Made by a program: the position numbers and the translations under genes | Notes under the pieces: model-generated | Seen by the model: only the letters and a program-made list of their open reading frames with translations | Databases searched by the model: none | Told to the model about the DNA's origin: nothing | In this document: positions 43,871-52,908 of the stretch, one piece after another | Layout of the letters: each line of letters starts with the position of its first letter | Position numbering within the stretch: position 1 is the first letter of the stretch | NCBI GenBank assembly: GCA_963665325.3 | Contig: CAXXWS020000003.1 | Span: forward strand, 736,001-800,000 | DNA length: 64,000 nucleotides | Direction of reading: 5' to 3' | From: Alphaproteobacteria bacterium | Lineage (GTDB): Bacteria > Pseudomonadota > Alphaproteobacteria > Bin95

Positions 43871-46800
43871 GCGTCATTGAACGGGTTCGCCAGGACCGCG
43901 AGGATCTTGCCCGCGTCCTGAAGAAACATGCCGGTATCCGCAGGATCGTCGAAGACCTCTATCCGGATTCCGCGCATTTCATATACGAGTTGCTCCAGAA
44001 CGCCGAGGACACAGGGGCGACCGAGGCCGCATTCGTCCTTACCGCGGACAGACTCGTGTTCGAGCACAACGGCCGCACGTTCGACGAAGCCGACATCCGC
44101 GCCATCACCGATATCGGGGAGGGCACCAAGGCGGAGGACGACGAGCAGATCGGCCGCTTCGGCATCGGCTTCAAGGCTGTGTTCGCCTACACGGAGACGC
44201 CGCGCATCTGGTCGCCGAGCTATGCCTTCGAGATTTCCGAAATGGTGCTCCCGTCGGAGATTCCATCGGACCCGAGCCTGGGCGATCGCACGCGGTTCGA
44301 GTTCCCGTTCAACTCTGGAAAGAAGCCACAAGACCAAGCCTTCTCTGAGGTGCAGGACGGCCTGGAAGAGATTTCCGACAACACGTTGCTGTTCCTCTCC
44401 AACATCGAAGAGATCCAGTGGCGGATCGACCGCGGTCGGGAAGGCCGGCTGCTCCGAATACTGCACACGGATCATCACATCGAGATTCTTCGGGAGATCG
44501 ACGGCAGGCCGACCGAAAGTGCAAGTTTCCTCCGCTTCACTGAACCGGTCGACGGATTAGAGCGCCAACACGCTGCCGTCGCCTTCGAACTCGAGCCCGT
44601 GTCCAGGAACGACCCGTTAATCGGGCTCACCCCCTTCGCAAAGAAGTTTCGGATTGCTCCCTCGGAACGTGGATGCGTCGCGGTCTATTTCACGGCAGCG
44701 AAGGAAACTTCGAATCTGCGCTTCCATCTCCACGCGCCGTTCGTCCCGGAACTCAGCCGCTCCAGCATCAAGGAGACGCCGGCGAACGCCCCGCTCTTCG
44801 CACAACTCGCCGGGCTCGCGTCGGAATCGCTGTCGTCAATCCGCGATCTCGGCCTGCTCGACCGGGAGTTTCTCGCCGTCTTGCCGAACAGCCAGGATGA
44901 AATCCCCGGCCAGTACGCGCCCATCCGCGACGCCATCGTCGACGCGATGAACGAACGCACGCTTACTCCCAAGCACACCGGCGGCCATGCCCCGGCCGGC
45001 CGATTGCTGCAGGCGGAGGCCGGATTGAAGGATCTGCTGGATCGCGAGGACATCCACTTCCTGGTCGACACCGACGACGACCCGCGAGACTGGGCGATCG
45101 CCGCGACGCAAAGAAACAGCCGTGTCGACCGCTTCCTCCGCGGTCTCGATATCCAGCAATGGGGAGTGGAACAGTTCGTGGAGGTCCTGGACGAGCGTTT
45201 CTCCAACAAACGCCGACTCTGTTATTCGACCTACACCTGGAAGCAGGGGCCCGACGGTCCGTTTCTCGACTGGATGCGCCCGAAACCGGCAGAGTGGCAC
45301 CGCGCACTGTATGCCCTTTTTCATCGGGAACTGGAAGACGAGCTGAACCTCTTCGACCAAATCTGCATCGTCAGGCGCTCGGACGGCGAATATGGGACTG
45401 GCTGCGAATCCTACTTCCCGACCCCTGAGACTCGCGAAGACCCCATTCATCCCCGCGTCGCAGAAGACACATATGCAGGTGGAGGAACTAGAACCGAGCA
45501 GACGCGCGCCAGGGCATTCCTGGAAGGCGTCGGCGTCCGCGAGGTGGGAGAATTCCAGCAGATTGAGGCTATTCTCGAACGGCGATATGCGGACCCCGCC
45601 CGCGTCCCACCCTGGCAGACCCATCAATCCGACCTGAGGCGCTTCATAGCCCTCGTGGAAAAGGACCGGAGCGCGAGCACCCTCTTCAAGAACTATTTCA
45701 TCTTTCAGGGAGCCAACCGTCTCTGGTCCCGACCAAGCGATCTGTACCTCGATGCGCCTTATCTCGAAACCGGGCTGAAAGCCTACTACGGCCCCTTCGC
45801 GCCAGAGGCCAGCCGCGCGGAATTGTCGGACGGCTATCGCACCTTCGAGATGCTACCGCAGCTTATCAAGTTCGCGCAGATGTGTGGCGCCACCAACCGA
45901 TTACCAATTGCGACCGTCAGTTGCACCGACAACCCCGAAAAGGAACATCTACTCAGTGCTCCAGGGTCAGTTCTGACCCAAACCGGAATCGACACCGACT
46001 TTGCAATTCCCAAGCTCGACGTCATGTTCGAGACACCGAATCTGGCTCTTTCCTGTCTCGTCTGGAACGCCCTATGTGACCGTTCGCACGACAAGAGCAT
46101 CCTGAAGGCCACCTTTCGATACAACCAATCCAACTACCATCACTCGGCCGACTCGCAGCTCGTTCACCAGTTGCGTAACGCTGCCTGGGTTCCTCAGGGA
46201 GACGATGTATTCGTTCACCCCGCAGAGGCCCTGAGAGATTTGCTGCCTGACGGCTTCCCGTTCGATCCCGGTTGGGCCTGGCTGACTGCCATCCGCTTCG
46301 GCGAAGAGACCGAAAAGCGGGCCGCGTACCTTCGCAGGACCCAGGAAATCGCTGTCGAACTCGGCTTTCGAGACGAGGCCGCGCTCGCAGACGGCATGCG
46401 ATTTGCGGATCTGGCGCCAGATACTCGGCAGAGAATCCTTGCAGAGTACGAGAGTCAGGTCGACTTGCCCGTCCACGAACCCGGAAATCCCGACCGAAGG
46501 GCCGAATCAGTTCGGGAAAATGCTCGCCAAGCGCCTGAGCGTAGAACCGAGAGGCGTGAGCGAGCCGTTTCCGTCAACCGCGATCCGACCAAGAGAGAAG
46601 AAACTGCTCCCTATCTGCGGGAACTCTATACCAACGCCGACGGCGTTACCATCTGCCAAGCGTGCAAAGATCGCCTCCCCTTCAGGCTTGCCGATGGAAC
46701 CTACTTCTTCGAGGCGGTGGAGTTTCTCCCGGACCTGGAGCGGCACCACTATCAGAACTACCTCGCCCTATGCCCGAATCATGCGGCTATGTTCATGCAC

Positions 46801-46956
46801 GCCAACGCCTCGAAGGACGAGATGACGGCCGGGTTTCTCGCCCTGGATGGCAACGAACTGACGTTGACGCTCGCCGACAAACCGGTGACCGTCTATTTCA
46901 CCGACACGCATATCGCTGATCTCGCCGTCGTCATCGACGTCGACGACCAAGACTAA
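43867..46956 (+). CDS. sacsin-like GHKL ATPase with C-terminal HNH-like domain
   Basis: HFIYELLQNAED, FEHNG..F, IGRFGIGFKAVF, FHLHAPF. C-terminal CQAC...FFEAVEF...NYLALCPNH. GTGA overlap with the helicase stop. Confidence 0.85.
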   Translation: MSVIERVRQDREDLARVLKKHAGIRRIVEDLYPDSAHFIYELLQNAEDTGATEAAFVLTADRLVFEHNGRTFDEADIRAITDIGEGTKAEDDEQIGRFGIGFKAVFAYTETPRIWSPSYAFEISEMVLPSEIPSDPSLGDRTRFEFPFNSGKKPQDQAFSEVQDGLEEISDNTLLFLSNIEEIQWRIDRGREGRLLRILHTDHHIEILREIDGRPTESASFLRFTEPVDGLERQHAAVAFELEPVSRNDPLIGLTPFAKKFRIAPSERGCVAVYFTAAKETSNLRFHLHAPFVPELSRSSIKETPANAPLFAQLAGLASESLSSIRDLGLLDREFLAVLPNSQDEIPGQYAPIRDAIVDAMNERTLTPKHTGGHAPAGRLLQAEAGLKDLLDREDIHFLVDTDDDPRDWAIAATQRNSRVDRFLRGLDIQQWGVEQFVEVLDERFSNKRRLCYSTYTWKQGPDGPFLDWMRPKPAEWHRALYALFHRELEDELNLFDQICIVRRSDGEYGTGCESYFPTPETREDPIHPRVAEDTYAGGGTRTEQTRARAFLEGVGVREVGEFQQIEAILERRYADPARVPPWQTHQSDLRRFIALVEKDRSASTLFKNYFIFQGANRLWSRPSDLYLDAPYLETGLKAYYGPFAPEASRAELSDGYRTFEMLPQLIKFAQMCGATNRLPIATVSCTDNPEKEHLLSAPGSVLTQTGIDTDFAIPKLDVMFETPNLALSCLVWNALCDRSHDKSILKATFRYNQSNYHHSADSQLVHQLRNAAWVPQGDDVFVHPAEALRDLLPDGFPFDPGWAWLTAIRFGEETEKRAAYLRRTQEIAVELGFRDEAALADGMRFADLAPDTRQRILAEYESQVDLPVHEPGNPDRRAESVRENARQAPERRTERRERAVSVNRDPTKREETAPYLRELYTNADGVTICQACKDRLPFRLADGTYFFEAVEFLPDLERHHYQNYLALCPNHAAMFMHANASKDEMTAGFLALDGNELTLTLADKPVTVYFTDTHIADLAVVIDVDDQD

Positions 46957-47237
46957 CTCTATTTTCCTCCTGCTCCTGCCGGAGTGCGAAGGGCGCGCGA
47001 CTCCCTAACGACCAGCGCACCGACCCCACCCTCTCGGCGGCCGTCGTTCTCTTCCTGCCCCGACCGGCATCCCGGTTGCTCAGCCCACGTCTTCACTCGT
47101 CACTCCTCGGTCCGCCTGAGCCGCGCCTCGCAGCACCTCCACCGACTGCGACACCGGCCGCCTGCCCGGCATTCCATCTCGTTTCGCGACACGCGACCTG
47201 AATCGGGAACGGCGGTCGGACTCCGGGCGCGCCGGAT

Positions 47238-47526
47238 CTACGACGCGCTCCCCGCGTTCACGGCATCCCTCAACGGCTTGCCGGGCTTGAACGTCGGTGC
47301 CGGTCGAGGCGGCGATGTTCAGGCTCTCGCCGGTCCTTGGATTGCGCCCTGTGCGCGCGGTACGGCTTCTGGTGCCGAAGGTGCCGAAGCCGGCGATCCG
47401 CACATCCTCGCCACTGGCCAGCGAGTCGCCGATCGCCTCGAACACGGTGTCGACCGCCGCTTCGGCCTCGGCCTTGCGCAGCCCCAGCCTGGCCGCCACC
47501 AGGCCGCCGATGTCCGCCTTGTTCAT
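47238..47526 (-). pseudogene. hup: HU DNA-binding protein with a single 1-nt frameshift
   Basis: MNKADI...V.IAGFGTF....R.ARTGRNPRTGE.LNIAAST, one extra base near 47301, then APTFKPGKPLRDAVNAGSAS-TAG. Span is 289 nt (96x3+1). Confidence 0.8.
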
Positions 47527-47832
47527 CCCTCGCTCCCTGTAGCGCCGCCGGCGGGCGATGCGCACCAAATTCCCGACCGCGCGCCACCGACCTCGGACGC
47601 GACGCACTCCGGCAGGATCCACGCGAGACAAACACCTATCGTGTAACGCCCCCGATTCCCATCCCGCCGGCCCCTGCATCCCATTTTCACGCGACCGCCC
47701 ATTCGCTCCGTCCACGCACTACGGGCAGCGGCGGTGCATCCGCCCCGGAAGGAGGCCGTGGCCAGCCTCTGTCGGGGCGCATTCGGGGGCCGGAGAGCGG
47801 TTTCCGCACACCGCCAACCGGGAGACCCGTCC

Positions 47833-48690
47833 ATGGCCGCCGATCCCACCGACATTCGCGTTCCTTCCGAGTGCAGGGAAATGATCCGGGCCGGCGCTCT
47901 CGTGGCGGTCAATCACAGCGGTGGCAAGGACTCCCAGGCCATGACGATCCTGCTGTCCAGCATCGTTCCCCGCGATCGGCTCATTGTAGTTCACGCCCCT
48001 CTCGGCGAGGTCGAGTGGCCCGGCACGATCGAGCATATCGAGAACACGATTCCCCAGGGAGCTCCGCTCATCATGGCCCCCGTTGCCTCCGGAAAGACCC
48101 TGCTCGAACAGGTGGAGGCGAGGGGGATGTGGCCGTCGGGATCAGCCAGGTGGTGCACGTCGGGCACAAAACGCGGACCCATCGAGCGCGAACTGCGCCG
48201 CTATCTGAAAGCCCATCCGCGCTTCAAGGGACGGCTCGTCAACGCCCTCGGGCTTCGCCGCGACGAGAGCCACGACCGCGCGCGCCGCGTCCCCTGGCGG
48301 CGCAACGAGCGCATGAGCGTTGCCGGACGGGAGGTCTTCGACTGGCTGCCCGTTTTCGAACTCGCGACCGAGGACGTGTTCCGCATCATCGCCGAGGCCG
48401 GCCAGTCGCCGCACCCGGTCTACTCGTTCGGGCTGACGCGCTGCTCGTGCTCGTTCTGCATCTTCTCGTCGCGTTCCGACCTGCGCCGCGCGGCGGAGCT
48501 CCGTCCGGACCTCTACGCAAAATACGCGCAACTCGAACGGCGCATCGCCCACACGCTCTCGCCCACACGGAAGTATCTGCCGGAGCTGACCGGCATTCCG
48601 GTCGATAGCGCTGTCCGCACGCCGCTTCGGCCCCGAGGCCGCAAAGGGGATTGCCCGCGGCGACCCCGGGCCCGGTCAGTTTCGAGCTAG
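47833..48690 (+). CDS. phosphoadenosine-phosphosulfate reductase family protein (PP-loop)
   Basis: VNHSGGKDSQA, RWCTSGTK..PI, GLRRDES..RA, HPVY..G.TRCSCSFCIF. Confidence 0.85.
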   Translation: MAADPTDIRVPSECREMIRAGALVAVNHSGGKDSQAMTILLSSIVPRDRLIVVHAPLGEVEWPGTIEHIENTIPQGAPLIMAPVASGKTLLEQVEARGMWPSGSARWCTSGTKRGPIERELRRYLKAHPRFKGRLVNALGLRRDESHDRARRVPWRRNERMSVAGREVFDWLPVFELATEDVFRIIAEAGQSPHPVYSFGLTRCSCSFCIFSSRSDLRRAAELRPDLYAKYAQLERRIAHTLSPTRKYLPELTGIPVDSAVRTPLRPRGRKGDCPRRPRARSVSS

Positions 48691-48966
48691 CGGTGCCCCG
48701 TACCGGGCGGTCTCCCAGACCGCGCGGCTCTCCGGGTGGCGGCGCATCCAGTCGCGGTAGCCGTCCATCTTCCGCTTCCAGTCGATCTTGCCGCCCACAT
48801 ATTCGCCGGTTTCATCGATGACGCCGCACTCAAGCTCCGCCGCCGTCAGGTGCCACCACATGTCGACGTCGGCGGCGAGCTGCTCCTCGCTGATGCCATC
48901 ATGCGCCAGCATCTTCGCGCAGAGGGCGCGCGCGACGGCCTCGATGTTGTCGCTCCAGCTTGCCAT
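48676..48966 (-). CDS. hypothetical protein
   Basis: MASWSDNIEAVARALCAK...WETARYGAPLARN; globular composition, 96 aa. Confidence 0.55.
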   Translation of the reverse strand: MASWSDNIEAVARALCAKMLAHDGISEEQLAADVDMWWHLTAAELECGVIDETGEYVGGKIDWKRKMDGYRDWMRRHPESRAVWETARYGAPLARN

Positions 48967-49220
48967 GCCGCAAGTTAACGCCGTCTCGCCGAGCGCTGCA
49001 AGGCGCCCGTCAACCTCACGCAGCAGCCGCGCCGGGGCCACTTGCGCCGTTGTGCGCGGACGCCGCCGAGCGTCACGCTCCAGCGTCACCCCCAAACCGT
49101 CATCCGGCCAGCCCGATGCCGTCCATCCACCCGGAGTGGAGGCCGGCTCCGGCGGGGGCGAAGGCCGGGCGCCCGGAGGAGGCGGCCCGCGCCGCTTTCC
49201 CGCCATTCCGGAGCATGCCC

Positions 49221-50246
49221 ATGACCTTGCCTGAGACCATCTCCGCCGACTACACGCTGCGCCCGAGCGAGCTCGCCGAGGTGCTCGCCCTGCTGGTCGA
49301 GGCCCGACAGCCCACGATGGTGTGGGGACCGCCAGGGGCGGCCAAGTCGATGATCGCCCGGCAGGTCGCCACGACCGCCAACCGCCAATATGTCGACGTC
49401 CGGGCGCTTCTCCTCGACCCCGTGGACCTGCGCGGCATCCCGTGGCGCGACAGCGCCGACCGCACGCGCTGGGCGCCGCCGGTGTTTCTGCCGCCATCGG
49501 ACGATCCCGGTCTCTGGCTCATCAACCTTGAAGAGCTACCGTCGGCGGTGCCGATGGTGCAGGCCGCCCTCTACCAGCTCTTCCTGGAGCGCAAATGCGG
49601 CGAGTACGCGCTGCCCGAGGGCGCATCGTTGATCGCCTGCGGCAACCGGGATGCCGACCGCGCCGTCGTCCACCGCATGCCGACGCCGCTCAGCAACCGC
49701 CTGGTCCATCTGGAGATCCGCGTCGACGCGAAAGACTGGTGCGCCTGGGGCGCGGCGAACGGGATCGCCCCGGAAGTGCTGTTCTTCATCGAGCTCGAAC
49801 CCGACCTGCTTCACGCCTTCGAGCCCCAGTCGAAGGAGCACGCCTTCCCGAGCCCCCGCAGCTGGGAGTTCGCCAGCAACATCGTCAAGTACCGCAACGG
49901 CCTCGATCCGGAGGTCGAGCGGGCACTGTTCCGGGGCACGGTCGGCGAGGCCGCGGCGGTGCAGTTCACCGCGTTCCTGAAGGTCTGGCGCGAGCTGCCC
50001 CATCCGAGGGCCGTCATCAACGACCCGACGAACGCCGACATCCCGGAGAACGCCAGCACGCTGATGGCGCTCTGCGGCTCGCTCTACCGCATGGCCTCCG
50101 ACGTCACGCTCGATGCGATCGTCACCTACGCCACCCGGCTCCGCCGCGAGGTCGGAGAATCGCTGGTCGGCGCCTGCGTGCGCCGCGAGCCGGCGCTCCA
50201 GCGCTCACCCGCCTTCATCCGCTGGGCGGCGGCTAGGACCCAGTGA
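49221..50246 (+). CDS. MoxR/CbbQ-like AAA ATPase (mobile-element type)
   Basis: WGPPGAAKS, DPVDLRGIP, LEEL..A.P.VQAALYQL, GNRD.DRA....MP.PL.NR, FPSPRSWE. Confidence 0.88.
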   Translation: MTLPETISADYTLRPSELAEVLALLVEARQPTMVWGPPGAAKSMIARQVATTANRQYVDVRALLLDPVDLRGIPWRDSADRTRWAPPVFLPPSDDPGLWLINLEELPSAVPMVQAALYQLFLERKCGEYALPEGASLIACGNRDADRAVVHRMPTPLSNRLVHLEIRVDAKDWCAWGAANGIAPEVLFFIELEPDLLHAFEPQSKEHAFPSPRSWEFASNIVKYRNGLDPEVERALFRGTVGEAAAVQFTAFLKVWRELPHPRAVINDPTNADIPENASTLMALCGSLYRMASDVTLDAIVTYATRLRREVGESLVGACVRREPALQRSPAFIRWAAARTQ

Positions 50247-50409
50247 AGGAGGACGCCATGTACTGATGGATCACACACCGCCCGGCGGGGGATGTCCCGT
50301 CGCGCAGGTACGCCGTGCGGGCCCCGAGCCTCGACGCGGCCAGGCGGAAGCTTGCCGCCTTTCTCGACGTCCCCGTGTGGACGCTCCGCTAACCCGAGAG
50401 GAGGATTTC

Positions 50410-51324
50410 ATGGACCTCAACCGCGACGCCATGCTGGTCGGCCTGCACATCGCCGCCTGGTCCGGCCGGCTCTACGACCGCCAGGCGAGCGACCACGTCG
50501 CCGTCGCCCACGAAGCCTCGACCGGCGCCGGGCGCTACAACAAGCGCCTGCTGCCCAAGGCCGCCTTCGCCGCCCTCACCGCCACCATGAGCGAAGCGAG
50601 AACCAGGCACTATGCCAACTCGCTGCCCTGGGACGACAAGGGCGCGCGGCTGCTGACGGTCGCCAACTACGAGCACTACACCGAGCTGATGGACGGGCTG
50701 CGCGAGCGCGTGGTGCGCCAGCGCGCCCGCTTCATCGAGGACTACGACGACTATGTCGACCAGTCCCGGCTCGACCTCGGCAAGCTGTTCCGCATCGAGG
50801 ACTATCCGTCCAAGGAAGACCTCCAGGGCAAGTTCGCCATCCGCTACCGCATCACGCCGGTGCCGGATGCGGACCACTTCATCGCGCAACTCGCCTCCGA
50901 CGACACCGAGCGGGTGAAGCGCGACATCGAGCGCCATGTCGAGGAACAGCTCCATGGTGCGGTGGGCGACCTCTACCGCCGCATGGCCGAGGCGGTCGAA
51001 CGGGTCTCCGAACGGCTTCAGGAGGACGGCGACGGCAAGCCGCTGGTGTTCCGGGATTCGATGATCGGCAACATTCGCGACCTGGTCGACGTGGTTCCGC
51101 GTCTCAACATCTTCGGCGACGACGAGCTCGCCAGTCTCTGCGAGCAGGTGAAGGAGAAGATCGCCATGGTCGAGCCGGACGCGCTGCGGCCGTCGAAGAC
51201 CTTCGACCCGGCGGCCCGGGCCCAGGTCAAGCGCGACGCCGACGCGCTCGCGGAGAAGTTCGCGGGGTATTTCGGGGCGCGCGCCGAACAGCCTGCCGCC
51301 GAGCCCGTGCGGGAGGCCGCCTGA
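50410..51324 (+). CDS. DUF3150-like protein
   Basis: AMLVGLHIAAWSGR..D...,KRLL, LPW.D.G.RLL, F...DYPS...L..KF; GAGGA RBS; sits between the AAA and VWA genes. Confidence 0.65.
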   Translation: MDLNRDAMLVGLHIAAWSGRLYDRQASDHVAVAHEASTGAGRYNKRLLPKAAFAALTATMSEARTRHYANSLPWDDKGARLLTVANYEHYTELMDGLRERVVRQRARFIEDYDDYVDQSRLDLGKLFRIEDYPSKEDLQGKFAIRYRITPVPDADHFIAQLASDDTERVKRDIERHVEEQLHGAVGDLYRRMAEAVERVSERLQEDGDGKPLVFRDSMIGNIRDLVDVVPRLNIFGDDELASLCEQVKEKIAMVEPDALRPSKTFDPAARAQVKRDADALAEKFAGYFGARAEQPAAEPVREAA

Positions 51325-52733
51325 TGGCCGCCCGCGTGCATCGGGAATCGGCGCTCCGTGTCAGCGACTGCGTGACGGAGCTGCTGCGCAAGCAGCCCTT
51401 CTTCGGGAGCCTCGTACTACGGCTCCCGCTCCGGCCCGATCCCACCCGCGAGACGCTGGCGACGGACGGGCACGAGATCCGCTACTCGCCCCGCTGGATC
51501 GCGGAGACCGAGGCCCACCTGATCGAGACTGCCATGGCGCGGGTGGTGATGGCGTGCGCGCTCAAGCATCACACCCGCCGGGGCGAACGCGACCCGGAGC
51601 GGTGGCAGATGGCCTCGCAGCTCGTCACCCATGCGCTCATCCGCGACGCCGGGTTCACGCTGCCGCCCGACGCGGAGGCCTGGGACGACCTCAGCGTCGA
51701 GCAGGCCTACGACCGCCTGCCGACACCGGAGGACGGCGATCCCGGGGACGACGGCGACGCATCCTCCGGCGCTGCCGATCCCGGCGTGTCGTCCACCGGC
51801 CAATCCTCGCCGGACGGCGAGGACGATGACACGGGCCACCCGTCCGATTCCGCCGACGCCGCCAATTCCAACGATCGCGGCGAAGGTCAGGACCAGGACG
51901 GCGGCAGTGGCGACCCGGACGAAGGGGACGGCAACGGCCAGAGCCGGGACCGCAACGGCCAGAGCGAGGATGGCGCGTCGGATGCGCCGCCGAGCCACGA
52001 TCCCTCGGGCACCGGGGAAGTCATGGATGCGAGCGCGCGGGCCGGCGACGGCGATGATGAATCCGGCCAAACGCCGGTGGACGTCGCCGCCGAGGAACAG
52101 GCGTGGGACGAGGCGATGCACCAGGCGCTCAACATCGCGAGGGCCGAAGGCAAGGTGCCCGGCCAGGTCGAGGAGACGGTGAAGGGCGCCCATGCCAGCA
52201 TGCTGGACTGGCGCTCGCTGCTGCGGCGCTACATGACCGACGCGGCGAAGAGCGACTACAGCTGGAGCCTCCCCAACCGGCGCTTTATCGACTCCGGCCT
52301 CTACCTGCCCTCGATCCGTTCCGAGGGGATCGAGACGATCGCCGTCATCGTCGACACCTCGGGCTCGCTGCCGGCGGCGACGCTGGCGGCGTTCTGGGCC
52401 GAGCTGCGCGAGGTTGCCGCCGAGATCCGGCCCGGCCGCGTCGTCGTGCTCCAGGTCGACGCCGTGCTGCAGGACGCGGCGGAGTATGTGCCCGACGAGC
52501 TGCCCGAGGAAATCGCGCTGAAGGGGCGGGGCGGCACCGACTTCCGGCCGGGCTTCGAGTGGCTCGACGAGCAGGGAATCCAGCCGGCTGTCTGCCTCTA
52601 TTTCACCGACATGGAGTGCTCGGACTACCCCGAGGCCGAGCCCCCATTCGATGTCGTTTGGGTCAACTGGAGCCACCCGCCGGAGGACTGGAACCGCGAG
52701 CCCTGGGGCGAGCGCATCGACATCGCCACATGA
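51324..52733 (+). CDS. DUF2201 (metallopeptidase-like + VWA) protein
   Basis: QPFFGSL, TLATDG, acidic linker, YSWSLPNRR, VDTSGS, GRGGTDFRP, YFTD. The HExxH position reads RVVMA. Confidence 0.88.
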   Translation: MAARVHRESALRVSDCVTELLRKQPFFGSLVLRLPLRPDPTRETLATDGHEIRYSPRWIAETEAHLIETAMARVVMACALKHHTRRGERDPERWQMASQLVTHALIRDAGFTLPPDAEAWDDLSVEQAYDRLPTPEDGDPGDDGDASSGAADPGVSSTGQSSPDGEDDDTGHPSDSADAANSNDRGEGQDQDGGSGDPDEGDGNGQSRDRNGQSEDGASDAPPSHDPSGTGEVMDASARAGDGDDESGQTPVDVAAEEQAWDEAMHQALNIARAEGKVPGQVEETVKGAHASMLDWRSLLRRYMTDAAKSDYSWSLPNRRFIDSGLYLPSIRSEGIETIAVIVDTSGSLPAATLAAFWAELREVAAEIRPGRVVVLQVDAVLQDAAEYVPDELPEEIALKGRGGTDFRPGFEWLDEQGIQPAVCLYFTDMECSDYPEAEPPFDVVWVNWSHPPEDWNREPWGERIDIAT

Positions 52734-52908
52734 CGTCGCCCCGACACCGCCGCGCCGTTGGAGGAGTGCTGCCGCCGCTCCTCGCCCCTGCCCGCAACAC
52801 CGCCAGGAGAGGAGCCGGGCGGGGGTCCGGGCGACGCGGGCGGGCCGGCGGGGAGCGTTCCCCGACGCCGCCTCAGTTCATTTCCACACACCATCGAGGG
52901 AGGTTCGC

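Noticed and set aside
40286-46956. Assignment to DISARM, Zorya or BREX
   Set aside because: No DrmA/B/C or methyltransferase, no ZorA/B and no PglZ/BrxC adjacent; only the SNF2 or HNH component is shared.
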